From Octopus vulgaris (taxonomy: Eukaryota), in NCBI GenBank assembly GCA_951406725.2, contig OX597824.1, forward strand, positions 27,838,001 through 27,902,000: a stretch of DNA of 64,000 nt, read 5' to 3'. Positions 1 to 12,615 of the stretch are shown in pieces. Every line of letters begins with the position of its first letter. Position 1 is the stretch's first letter. The notes beneath the pieces were generated by a model. That model had not been told where the DNA came from. It did not search any database and saw only the letters and a list, made by a program, of their open reading frames with translations. A program made the position numbers and the translations under genes.

Positions 1-7
1 GTATGTA

Positions 8-49
<42 letters not shown>

Positions 50-218
50 TATATATATGCATATACATACACATATAGGCTTCATATTGAAATGTGATAC
101 TTTTTAATCATAGGTAAAATTAATTTCAATTTTATTTAATAAAAGAAATTTAATCTGAAACTTATTTAATAAAAGAACACAGTAATGGATTAATATTTAT
201 TATTAGTAGTTATTACCA

Positions 219-280
<62 letters not shown>

Positions 281-290
281 GTTATTGTTA

Positions 291-385
<95 letters not shown>

Positions 386-408
386 GTGGTTGTTGTTGTT
401 GTGTTGTT
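219..408. repeat. (TTA)n/(TTG)n trinucleotide microsatellite
   Basis: Directly visible; explains the poly-Leu ORF 219..410. Confidence 0.97.
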
Positions 409-969
409 AGAATTTAATCCAGCGAAGTCTTTATTTAATATAATCGCCGTCCAAGAATGGCGTCTGTTATGAGATTGACGACGCCATCATCAACGTTCCC
501 ACCGATTCAACCACATCTTTGCAACACTTATTTCGTGTCTCTGTTTATATTTGATTGAAAAATATCAATTCCGTTCAACTTAACAATAATTTTAGATGTC
601 GCTGTTGCCAAGTATTAGACAAAATAACACAATAGAATATATATATATATAGATAGATAGATATATATACACAAACGCTGAACATCCGTTATCCTGAAAC
701 ATCAGTGATCAAAGTTGGTTCGAATTTATTTCAAGTTTACGTATAAGCTCGGACACGATGGGGGAATGCCAAATAGCCGAATGCATGGCAATTCCGAGAA
801 TATGTTCGCATTGTAGTTGTCGTTGATGCTGATGTTGTGAAACCTGGAGTCCGCATTAGATGATCAGATCTATTATTGATATAGGTCTTTACGCAACCAT
901 GTTATATTTTATTGAGATTACCCTGACCAATGACTTGATTACTAAATTTGCCCTTCCGTTTACGTTTGT

Positions 970-1430
970 TTTCCTTGTTTCAGTCATTAGAATACGTAAC
1001 GTCCATGCTGGGGCACAGTCCGTATGAGTTTTAAATCGAAGGAATTGACCCCGGTATTTTGTTTTAAAATCCAGTACTTATTCTGTCGGGCTGTTCTGCC
1101 GAACCGCTAACGTACGGAGACGTAAGCAGATCAACGCTGGTTGTCAAGTGGTTGTGGGAGACAAGCAAACGCAAAAAACATACATACATGTATACACACA
1201 CACACATACACACAGACACATATACTACGGGCTTCTTTCACGCATACAGTCACACACACACACATATATCTATGTATAGATATATAAGAGCAGCTTCTTT
1301 CAGCTTCCCTCTACAAAATCCACCCACAAGGCTTTGGTTGGTCATAAGCTATAGTAGACGACACTTGTTCAAGTTGCCAGACAGTGGGACTGAACGCAGA
1401 ACCTAATGGTTGCGAATAAGCTTCGCCTGT
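970..1430 (-). mobile_element. tRNA-derived SINE, family A (diverged copy)
   Basis: Reverse complement aligns by eye to the family A copy at 59708-60150, including the internal CA/TA microsatellite and the GACTGAAACAAG tail. Confidence 0.8.
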
Positions 1431-2244
1431 ATATTTTCTTGAAATAGGGAGTTAGTGTCTTAAAGAGAACATTTAAAAACATCATATCGGTGATGACGTC
1501 ACTGTTGGGTGAAACGTTTGCTTCCTAACAACGTGGCATTTCCGGACTTAGGTATTTTAACATACACTTCATTCAAATACAGGCACATTTCGCAGCAATT
1601 ATATTTGAGTCATAACTAATGTAAAAGCATGCAATGAAAAACAGCATGTATGGGGACGTGTGTGTAGACAAGACAAACTTTTTTGTTTCCCTCTACGATG
1701 CCCGTACAAGACGCTTTTCAAACAGAGAAACGGCCTTGTACAAGACTTACTTCATTGAATGCCAAAGAGATGACAGGTTTCCTCCTAGAGAGATGTATAT
1801 ACAAGGATTAGGTATCTCTAAGTCTTGGCTGTTTGATGGCCATTGATTCTTCTGAGTTTATTCGCTGTTTCCCAGGTTTCGTTTTTCGTCCTGCAAGGTT
1901 TCCCACGAAAACAAACCTCCTTAACAAACAGACTCGGTAGTGTTGTGTGTAGACACTCACACATATGAATATGAACATGCATGTATAGACAGACCCCAAC
2001 GCAAGAAACCCTCGGCTCTCAGTCTTTTATGCATTTACTGCTTTTTATTAAACAAAAACACATATCCATACTCACGATTGAATTCTATTTTCCAGTTTAT
2101 GTTACCAAAACAACATACATGCATACAAACATACATACATACATACATACATACATACATACATACATACATACATACATACATACATGCATACACACAC
2201 ACATAAATGAAAGACAAAATATGGAATATACGAGAATTTATTAT

Positions 2245-2982
2245 TAACCACGACAATTGTCTACAATCAAAAAACCACTACTTTCAAAAACAAATGTTAC
2301 AAGTTGTTTAGAGTGGAGTAAAGACCTACAGAATTGGTCCATAGAGCAGTGGATAAATGCTATTTTCTCGTACGAGTCATCCTTTACACTATTTCCAGCC
2401 ACTAGCTGAGTATACGTGTGGAGACAGCCAAAAGTAGCCTTTTGACCCAGATTGCATTCTTCCAACTGTCAAACACGCAGGAGGATCTATGACGATCTGG
2501 GGGGCTATATCTTGAAACTCCACCGCCCAATGGTTTCCCTTCATGGCAGAATTAATAGTAAAGCATTTTATCTGATAAAATTAATCCTATGGTTGCGGAA
2601 CTGTTTCCCGGGGGAAACGCAATCTTTCAGGATGATATTGCACCAATTCACACAGATAAAGTTATTACTGAATGGCACAAGGAACATTCTAGAGAAGTTG
2701 AACACCTTATCGGCCACCACAGTCCCCAGAATATTATTGAATATTTATGGTGCATTTTAGAAAAAAACAGGTAAGGATTTCCTCCACCATCATCACTACA
2801 AGAACTGGAGACAGTTTTAGCTGGAGAATGGACAAAAATTCCTTTGGAAACAATTCAAGCTTTGTATGAGTCCATATCTCGTAGAATTCAAGCTGTAATT
2901 ACTGCCAAAGGTGGCCTCATGCCATATTAAAACAAACTTGTTTGAAATTTTAAGGTGTTTTCATTATTTTGTCCAATCCTTG
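2245..2982 (+). mobile_element. Tc1-family DNA transposon remnant, 3' half with decayed DDE transposase
   Basis: Frameshifted peptides WSIEQWINAIFSYESSF, IFQDDIAPIH, NIIEYLW, LQELETVLAGEWTKIP and RRIQAVITAKGG match Tc1 transposase motifs; ends in TIR-like TTCATTATTTTGTCCAATCCTTG followed by TA. Confidence 0.88.
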
Positions 2983-3022
2983 TATATATGATTTAATAAG
3001 ATTTCATATCTCGAATAATAAT

Positions 3023-3895
3023 AAGGCGGGGCTGGCAGACACGTTAGCACCTCGGGCGAAATGGTGAGCGGTATTTCGTCAGTCTTTACGTTCTGAGTTC
3101 AAATTCCGACGAGGTTGACTTTGCCTATTATCATGTCGGGGTCGATAAATTAAGTACCAGTCGCGTACCAGGGTCGATCTAATCGACTGCCCCTTCCCCC
3201 AAAATTTTGAGTCTTGTGCTTCGAATAGAAAAGAGTATATTGGAAATGAAGTCGGCGAGCTGGCACAAACGTTAGCACGCCGGGCGAAATGCTTAGTGTT
3301 ATTTCGTCTGCTGTTACGTTCTGAGTTCAAATTCCGCCGAGGTCGACTTTGCCTTTCATCCTTTCGGAGTCCATAAATTAAGTACCAGTTAAGCACTGGG
3401 GTCAATGTAATCAACCTAATCTATTTGTCCTTGTTTGCCCCCTCTATGTTTAGCCTCTTGTGAACAATATAGAAATAAGAAACGTTAGCACGCTGGGTGA
3501 AATGCTTAGCGGTATTTCGTCTGTCTGTATGTTGAGTTCAAATTCCGCCGAGGTCTACCTTGCCTTTCATGCTTTCTGGGTCGATAGATTAAGTATCAGT
3601 CGTGTACCAGGGTTGATCTAATCGACTGGTCCTCTCCCCCAAAATTTCTGTGTTTATATGTCTAGATTAGGAAAGAATATCTCGGCTAGTAGTTATGTTG
3701 TATTTATTCATGCATTATTATTTAAGGTGCTGAGCTGGCAGAATTATTAGCGCATCCGTGAAAATTCGTAGCAGCATTTTGTCCGGATCTTACCATTTCG
3801 GAGTTCAAATTCTGCCGAGATCAAATTTACCTTTCCTCGTATCGGTGTCCGTCTATAAAATAAAGTACAATTAAACTACTGAAGTTGATGTTATT
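3023..3895 (+). mobile_element. Tandem cluster of about four SINE family B copies
   Basis: Repeated GGCGAGCTGGCAGAAACGTTAGCA head, GAGTTCAAATTC B-box and GCCTTTCATCCTTTCGGGGTCGATAAATTAAGTACCAG core at about 3023, 3250, 3481 and 3724. Confidence 0.9.
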
Positions 3896-3929
3896 CAAGG
3901 GAAAGACAAAGGCGGATGCAACTTCGCAC

Positions 3930-4077
3930 CAATGACGTCGTAACTTATTTCTACAGCTGAGAGGACTGGAGTGATGCGAAAAAAAGTCTTGCCCAATAAC
4001 ACAACCGGTTCGAGATCCGAACTCACTATCTCATGATTATGAGCCCAACGCCCTAACTACCTAGCCATACACCTTCA
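3930..4077 (-). mobile_element. tRNA-derived SINE, family C
   Basis: Minus strand reads TGGCTAGGTAGTTAGGGCG (A-box), GAGTTCGGATC (B-box), TTGGGCAAGAC and CTCCAGTCCTCTCAGCTG; related copies at 12178, 20850, 38950, 61820 and 63340. Confidence 0.75.
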
Positions 4078-4689
4078 CTGGTTTGCGTTCAGTTTATTCG
4101 GTGGGTTTCTTATGCTTGTTTACTGAATACTTGTTTTGTGGCAATGAATTTGAATACTCTTCATACACAGAAGGCCCCACTGAAATAAAATGCAGAGCAA
4201 GAAACGAAAAAGAAAAAAAACAAGGTATTATACTGATAAACATTTGTAAATACACGATATATAATCTACAAAAATATATTTCTCACGAAATATCTAAATT
4301 AACAGTGGACACAATTGCCATATATTTACGCAAATCTAGAAGAAACAAGTAGACATGATTTAGTTTGAAATACATATAAATACAAGATTTCTTATCTAAA
4401 ATTTTCGACATTCAAATTCCAACAACAATGATGACGTAAATAGAGCATTCATCTTGAAAATCCAAAGAGACAGCGACACGATCTCTGATTGCTGTGTTCT
4501 GAAGGTAAGACTATAGAGGTCTGCAGAACGGATAATGGGTGTCATAGGAATTTTAACGTACCAAAATAAACTGCAAAGAACGCAAACGAATTGCAAAAAA
4601 GAATTTGCAAAGAGAGACAAATGTAGAACATGGTCATGATTCCTAAACAGAACAAGATCATACATATATATATACATACATACACGCAA

Positions 4690-4792
4690 GCGCACACACA
4701 CAGGTACACGCACACACACAGGTACACGCACACACAGAGGTACACGCACACACACAGGTACACGCACACACACAGGTACACGCACACACATA
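4690..4792. repeat. 18-bp minisatellite (CGCACACACACAGGTACA)n, about 5-6 units
   Basis: Directly visible; explains the CVRVPV and HTHRYT repeat ORFs. Confidence 0.9.
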
Positions 4793-4861
4793 GGAACGTA
4801 CTAACCCACGCATGTGTGTGTGTCTATGTGTGTGTATACATACAGGCATGTTTATTATTCT

Positions 4862-5250
4862 TTTATTCTTTTACTTGTTTCAATCATTTGACTGCGGTCA
4901 CGCTGGAGCACTGCCTTTTCTCAAAAACATCGACCCCAGGACTTATTCTTTGTAAGCCTCGTGCTTATTCCATCGGTCTATTATTCCGAACCGCTATGTT
5001 ACGGGGACGTAAACCTACCAACATCGGTTGTGAAGCGATGGTGAAGGGAAAAACACAGGAACACATATAAACATACACGCATACATATATAAATACGTAT
5101 ATATAGGACGGATTGCTTTCTGTTTCCATCTACTAAATCCATTCACAAGGTATTGGTCAGCCCCAGGATATAGTCGAATACACTTACATAAGGTGAGACT
5201 GAACCCGGGACTATGTAGTGGTGAAGTAAGCTTCATGCTACAGCCATGGC
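4862..5250 (-). mobile_element. tRNA-derived SINE, family A
   Basis: Reverse complement of the family A head, internal microsatellite and tail. Confidence 0.85.
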
Positions 5251-5469
5251 TGTATGTGTGCATGTATGTGTACATGAATGTATGCATGTATATATGAATG
5301 GATGCATATTTGCATTCATGTATATATGTAAACATACATATATACATGTATGTGCTTATATGGTGACACATACAAATATACCAATATATTTATACGCGTA
5401 CAAATATGTATATATCTTCATATATACATGCATACGTATGTATAAAGATATATATATACACATACAAAC

Positions 5470-5518
<49 letters not shown>

Positions 5519-5827
5519 CACATACACACAGAGATACAAACGCATCACATATATATTCTCATATAACGAAAAAACGTTTTCCCCAATTACAATATCCATT
5601 TATCAGAATTGCTTTACAGTTCAAGTTCCTCTGTTGGTCTATTAATATGATTGATTAAATTTGGAAATCGGTAGGAAATGCCTACATCAATAATTATTTA
5701 TTATGTTACATAGAATGTAGGGTTCGAGTTACATGCTGGGATAGTTTTCTTGTTTATCGAAATGAAGCCGCCACCGCATAAATCATACGTATTGTGTTTT
5801 GTTCATATATACATATATACAAATATG

Positions 5828-5860
<33 letters not shown>

Positions 5861-6107
5861 GTATGTATGTATGTATATATGTATATATTTTTATGTTTTT
5901 TAAAATCTTGTATCTTATTCAACTAATGCAAATATTGTATGACATGGAAAAAATAATGTTGAACGAAGAATAGAATTATCACTGGGATATCACATTTTAT
6001 TTCAGTTAATTAGAATATATGCCACGAATACCATGTAGACAGGCCTGTAGACGCACATGCAAAGGTGTACTCACACACGTATATATACACACATACATAT
6101 ATATATG

Positions 6108-6156
<49 letters not shown>

Positions 6157-6810
6157 GTATGTCCATGTGTGTGTGTGTACATATGTATAAACGAGTATAG
6201 AATTATTATATATATATATATATATTCATGTATTCATAAAAGTATGCATTAATCATGAGTTTGTGTATACATACGTGTATAATATATATAACATGTACAA
6301 GAAGGTATGTTTATGCGTTAAGAAATTTGCTTCCCAACCACATGTTACCATGTTCAGTTACACTGCATGGAACATTAGTAATCTATCTTCATCCATAGCT
6401 CGGGGACGACCGAATACACTTCATATGTTTTGTTAGGCAGAAGCCGAAAGAAGCTCGTGTATGCTTCAGTGCTTTTTGTCAGGCAGAAGCAAAAAGAAGC
6501 AATGTACTTTAGTCTCTTGTACAGATGAAATGTTTGCTAAAAAATTGTAATGGAGTATCCTGTATGTTGTAAATCTATATGGTCGTACGCATCCGAAGAG
6601 AGCGGTTTATTTCAAATTGATGTAATGTTTGCATCGATTGATTAAATGGAGCCGCTTGAAACGGACGTAATACACTGATACCTGGACATCCTGGTTATTT
6701 ATTTGCTTTTCATTCACCTAACTTCGAGCTGTGCCTAAACTCAAGTAGCCTTTTCAACTGAATTTTAATTCTTTCTTCCCTTGTCGACTGTATATATTTA
6801 TATGTGTGTG

Positions 6811-6858
<48 letters not shown>

Positions 6859-7076
6859 CCGTTCTGTGTCTCTGTCTGTGTGTGCGTGTGTGTATGTGTG
6901 CGTGTGTGTTGTGTATGTGAGTGAGTGTTTTTCACCAGATGCCCCGCCAGCCAATCGTAATGCGGCGGTGCGACATTGAAGGTTTGTATATTAAATATCT
7001 GGCTTTAAAAATATAAGTTATTCAGTTCATTTATTCGATTACCCCATCATCCCCGCAGTCTAACAACTGAAACAAG

Positions 7077-7109
<33 letters not shown>

Positions 7110-7320
7110 TTATCTGTAATATAATATGTGACAATTATTCAGTTGCCATAATACAACTCCGAGTTTCGGATGTCGGAGCGGAAAGCTGCACCGGCATCTC
7201 TTCGGAGTTTGATTATGGCAACTGAATAATTGTCACATATTATATTACAGATAAAGTCCTCTATTTACATAATATCGAGGTGTCTTTCATTCTTTTGTTG
7301 TCTTACCATTTTTATCAATA
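7110..7320 (+). mobile_element. Fold-back hairpin mini-element with hammerhead-like loop, between (TA)n tracts
   Basis: Perfect 43-bp inverted repeat 7110-7152/7212-7254 plus an asymmetric tail; related copy at 56324-56525. Confidence 0.75.
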
Positions 7321-7642
7321 TATATATATATATATATGCGAGTATATGTATATACATAACCCATGCATATTCATAAGCATTTTGTTGATGTAATCGTCTC
7401 TTGTAGCAGATCGGGCAGCGTTTCTTAGATATTCTAATATGTTTGTGTTTTACTGGAGATTTTGATTTTGTGCAGCTGGAAGAGAGATAAAGATTGAAAC
7501 GCTTGTAATTTTATGAAATTCCCCCGACAGTACAATTGTGTTTGGGCATTAGAAACTCCTGTATACTTGCAAATCATTGTTGATGCACTTTCTCGTGATC
7601 TCCCTTGACACTTACTCTCAGAGTGACCTTCTGCAACATTTA

Positions 7643-8813
7643 CGGGGTATCCCGAAATTAAAGCAGCAATTCAGTGGTAAAGGTAAACACAAATGTGACA
7701 TTACCATTCGATATGACCGCTTCTGTTTCGAATCTAGGTGCAAACGCTTCACATGCGTCACATAGATGCTCTTGTGGAATCGAAGTCCATTCCTGGCGCA
7801 GTTTTGCCTACAGAACGTTCTGCGAAGCATGACGAATCCTCGAGACCTTAGTCTTTAAAATGGACCAAACATACTTCCTTGCCTGTAGATGACAAAATGT
7901 TCTTTTGAATCTAGAGTTGTGTCTGTTTCGAGCTGTGGGACGGTGCTGAGATAAGTTGGAGGCCCCAGGTTGCGCCTTGAAAGTGCTCCTTCGCTCATGG
8001 AAGCAGGTCAGCTTCCAGAATGTCGCTAATGAATCGCTGTGTGTTAATTTTAACACCAGAGGACACAAAAACGAGTGAAGATCTTCCAGTGGTTGTCACA
8101 ACCGCCCAAACGATAAGCGACTGTGGATTTTGACGTCGATTTATGAGTCTATCCTCGACGGACCCTGATACACTCCCACATCGGTCATTGTGGTGGTTTA
8201 CTGTCTGTTCGATGACTTTTCATCACTTTTCATCACTGATCATCAGTTTGGGCAGCGTTCTTTCAGCAATCTGATGAAGGATGAGACGAATTCTCTCCAG
8301 TTTCATTCCCTTAAAAACTTGTGTGAGCTCATGACGACGGGACAATTTGTAGGGCTGGTTCCTGAGATTTTCCTTCAACACTTCATACAACGATGATCTG
8401 CTTATTTTTGCTGTGGCAGCCAGTTTTCTGAAGGAACGTCGAATATTTCGCCGTATCTTTTCTTTGGTACTGTTGATAAGCTGAGAGGTTTGCATATTTC
8501 TTTACAGCCACATCCAGTTCCATCTGCGGTGGAACCAGTCTCTTGAAGTATTTTGACAATTTTCCAGACAGATAGTCGGTTATTTTTAATTTCTTTTGCA
8601 ACAGCTGTATTAATTTCGCCTCTTTTGTGGAGGTTCATGGTAGTATTGCGGTCTATAGCCATCATCAAATTTATAAATGTGAATTTGCTTAATGAGAAAG
8701 AAAATGTAGACACACTAAGCTTTTATAATAATACATAATTTTCATATCTTATCACATTTATTCATAGTTATCAAAACCCGAATATTTTGTCATCTAAATT
8801 TCGGGACACCCTA
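7643..8813 (-). mobile_element. Near full-length decayed maT-like (Tc1/mariner superfamily) transposon
   Basis: TIRs CGGGGTATCCCGAAATT at 7643 and the reverse complement TAGGGTGTCCCGAAATT ending at 8813 (14/17 match), each flanked by TA; minus-strand frameshifted transposase with HTH region (KEKIRRNIRRSFRKLAATAKIS, LKENLRNQPYKL), ISDEK and RRQNPQSLIVWAVVTTTGRS. Confidence 0.85.
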
Positions 8814-9489
8814 TATTTGCTTTAAATTATAGCATATACGGCAACTGTGGAAAAAGGCATGTTTGTAACGACGTATGAAGCCATCTCTTCCAACTCACCA
8901 ATGGTAACGGACATGACAGTGTACAATAAATGGGATATATTCAAACGATTGAAGCAGCTCACAAATATGGGTGTAGTTTCTATCCTTCAAAATCTATGCT
9001 TCTATGCCATGTGTATTTTTTATATTTGTAGCGGCGATCTTGTCCATGTATATAAATGTTTTTCCAAATAATATTGCACAGCAGTTTAGAAGCTCTTAGG
9101 ACGATATACGGTAAAGTACAAGCGCTCAGCTTCTTTTTATTGTTGTTTCCGAATACGGCTCTGTGGCAGAACCGTTAGGACATAACGAAAATAATTTGCG
9201 GTAAGTCTTCCGACTGGTCATAATTTAAGTTCAAATCTCGTTGGATTTATCTTTGCTGATATTCGATAAACTAAATTTTCAGTCAAGTATAGCGATTGAT
9301 GGTAACGAATGACACCATTCCATCAACATTATTGGCCTTTTCATCAAGATTGCATGCCATTGTTTCTATGACAATATTTTTGTAGGAATAAAAGATACGT
9401 AGGTGCCGGATTTTTATCGAACGCATATGCGACAAACAAAACATGGAGAGAATTAAATTCATATAAATAATCGTCTCTATTGGATGCAC

Positions 9490-9685
9490 ACGGCCTCAAA
9501 TTTGTAGGGCGGGGATTTGTCTATTTAATCGAACCCAGTATTTCATTGGTACTTAATTTATCGTCTCCGAAAAGATGAAAGGCAAAGTCGACCTCGGTGG
9601 AATTTGAACTCAGAACATAGCGACGGGAGAAATACCGGCAAGCCTTTCGTCCAGTGTGCTAATGATTCTGCCAATTCGCCGCTTT
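9490..9685 (-). mobile_element. SINE family B
   Basis: AAAGGCAAAGTCGACCTCGGTGGAATTTGAACTCAGAAC is the reverse complement of the family B core. Confidence 0.85.
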
Positions 9686-9698
9686 AAATTAATATAAA

Positions 9699-10089
9699 TC
9701 TATATATGTAAAGCTGAAGTTGTCTGTGTGTGGCAGGTTTGGTAGCCTTCAACTAACACTATCACCTCCGAGACTCTGCGGCACAAGTTGACCAAAATTG
9801 AGAGTATGATAGAAGAAGGCTTGCTCTTCATTCCGTAGAAGATAAAATTCAAATCGGACCATGTTAACGACAAAAATTATTTACACCAAAAGGTGCTTTT
9901 TTTTCTATGAAAATCCTTATTTTTTACGATTTTTATACTGCTGTGTCGCCATTTTTCGGTGTATTTCAACCAGAAAAAATGTTCACTTAAAGAGAATAAC
10001 AAGATACATAATGCAAACTTTTTACTTTTCAAAAATTCCAATTCTAAAGGGTCAAGAAGAACCCGAGCAACGCCGGGCGATACCGCTAG
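9699..10089 (+). mobile_element. Non-autonomous Helitron
   Basis: 5' A|TCTATATATGTAAAG terminus; 3' GC-rich hairpin CCCGAGCAACGCCGGG about 10 nt before the terminal CTAG; no TIRs. Confidence 0.8.
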
Positions 10090-10331
10090 CGATAATATAA
10101 GAACGAGCTGCGAAACAATTAGCATTGGATCAAATTTACATTACAAATACGACGAATATGTATTCAAGCAGATATAACAAAAAAAAAAACTGACACCTAA
10201 TCCCGAAGATGTACACACACACACACACACATATAGATAGATAGGATACTCATTTAAATATATATATATACATATATTTACTTACACATATATATGTACA
10301 TATATATATGCACATATAAATATATATATGC

Positions 10332-10375
<44 letters not shown>

Positions 10376-11024
10376 GCAAAACAATATCTGAATAGAATAT
10401 ATTTACATCCATTGACGCATTGGCATGCGTGAGCCTGTATAGACACATACATACACACACACACACACACATATGCACACACACACACATATGCACACAC
10501 ACACACATATAAAAATGTATCCATATATACAGATATACATAAGTCCACATTGATACAGAACACGCACAATTACATACACACGCACACACATACACAACCA
10601 CACAAACACATATATACACGATATATCATATGGAATGATGACTTTAAGTAATGTGTTTCGTGTCTTCTAAAATTAATTAATCTAAAGGCGAAATTATATT
10701 TCCTTTGTTCTATTCCTTTGCCCACGGAATTTACCATCGTGTGGTTGAGGTTTCCTAGTAGAGGCAGCTAAATGAAATATTCGTTAACCTTAGGCGTGTA
10801 TGTAGAGACTATTGTGCGATGAATATTTCAACATTGAAGCCTTTGTCATATCTGTCGTGTTTTAAGGGGGAAATAACCGGAGTGCTACATACTTAACAAA
10901 AGGAAAATTTCAATGGAATATGGCATAAGTTTCAATATACACGTGTATGTGCATATACATACATACATACATACATACATACATACATACATACATACAT
11001 ACATACATACATACATACATACAT

Positions 11025-11085
<61 letters not shown>

Positions 11086-11428
11086 GGTGTTTGCAAGAAA
11101 TGTGTATGTTGTTAAAGACAAAGAAATGATTTGCAATTTCGAAATAGATATGTAAGTAAATGAAAACATGGAGAATCGTTAACTGCTTGAAGGACGATGT
11201 TAAAATACATACGCACGTAAATACACTTATTTTTACAAAATATGCGTTAAAAAACGTGCGTGTGAGTGTGTATGCGCGTGTTTTTTGTGTCTTTGTGTGT
11301 ATATGTTTTAGTGTATGTGTTGTGTGCGAATACGTTTACAGAATATTTCAAAAATATTTGTAATATAGACCATATATCAAGTCTATAGGAACCTGTTTGT
11401 TATGCTTCTATTTATGTACGTATGAAAA

Positions 11429-11529
<101 letters not shown>

Positions 11530-11539
11530 TATATACATA

Positions 11540-12093
11540 CACCATCTCACTGGTCTGATGTCTTCTCCGTTTGATGTTTGGTGGTCGAAGAAGTGGCTTC
11601 CTTCTTGCTCTTCTGCCATAATAAGCAAATTTGTGGAGATACTTGTTCTGGGACTGACATCAAATTTTTCTGGTATGTCAGACACCTTGCAACGAGGATT
11701 GTCCTCAACATTTTTCTTATCAAAGAGAAGGGTCCTGTCAGAGGGTTCTGTCAGAGTGTCATGTCAGAGGGTCCTGGTTGATCAGGGCGAGGTGATGTGA
11801 ACTGCTTCCCTTTTCTAGTGAATTACACTAACACTCTATTAACTGTAGAAAACGGGATCCCATGTCTTCTGCCTTTTTGACACTAAGTCCACCTTGAGAT
11901 TGACCTACAATACGGCCTTTATGAAATTCGGACTGCTCAAAGGCCCTATTTGAAAGTGGCATGATTAAACAGTTACATGTAGAACCTGAAACATAAAATC
12001 GTTAATTAAGAATAAAAAATAAACTTTTCAAGTTAAAATAAACACGAAACGATGTTTCATGGGGTGTCTTTTTACTTCTGTCATGCCGGTGTG
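11540..12093 (-). mobile_element. Tc1-family transposon remnant, 5' half
   Basis: Minus strand starts TA-CACACCGGCATGACAGAAGTAAAAAGACACCCC (TIR-like); frameshifted N-terminal transposase EFHKGRIVGQSQGGLS ... FSTVNRVL ... GRRARRKPLL; truncated at a microsatellite. Confidence 0.8.
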
Positions 12094-12177
12094 TAGTAGT
12101 TACAGGGTTCTTTAGAATCAACTAGCGGTTTTACGCTGAATATGTCCACCTTCTGAATGACCCCTCAATCGCGAAAT

Positions 12178-12400
12178 CGTGGTTTCAATTCTTAGGTCGG
12201 ATGGTGCGTTGTGTTCTTGAACAAAACACTTTATCTCATTTACCTGTGCGATCATTTCGACATCTGACGCGTGGTATCCAGTGCACCTGTACAGACATCG
12301 TCGGTTTGATAAAGAGAGTGAGCTAATGAGTAGCACGAACATTGGATCACTATTGTAAAATTGTTTGTGCAGGTCGGTCTGCAAAAGCCGAACGCTCAAA
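12178..12400 (+). mobile_element. SINE family C-related copy
   Basis: GGTTTCAATTC B-box followed by GCGTTGTGTTCTTGAACAAAACACTTTAT. Confidence 0.6.
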
Positions 12401-12439
12401 CGTCGTCTTCGAGAGGGAGACTCGATCATATATATATAT

Positions 12440-12615
12440 AACGAGAATTCACAAAAAAAAAAAGACGAAGACAAGTGGTGTAGACAACAAACAGCTGCAT
12501 TAGTATAACACTCGGGAAGGGAAAAAGTCTTTAACGTTTCGAGCCTACGCTCTTGCACAGAAAGAAACACGGAAAGAAACAAGGCGAGAAAATAAAGAAT
12601 GTGTACTGGCTAGCG
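12440..12615 (-). mobile_element. Short interspersed element with degenerate minimal hammerhead fold
   Basis: Reverse complement of the copy at 51890-52056; minus strand 12565-12528 reads TCTTT CTGTGCA A GAGC GTAG GCTC GAAAC GTT AAAGA. Confidence 0.7.

Noticed and set aside
415-560. GC-richer unique stretch after the TTA repeat as a possible exon
   Set aside because: Only short open frames, no recognisable protein and no convincing splice-site pair.
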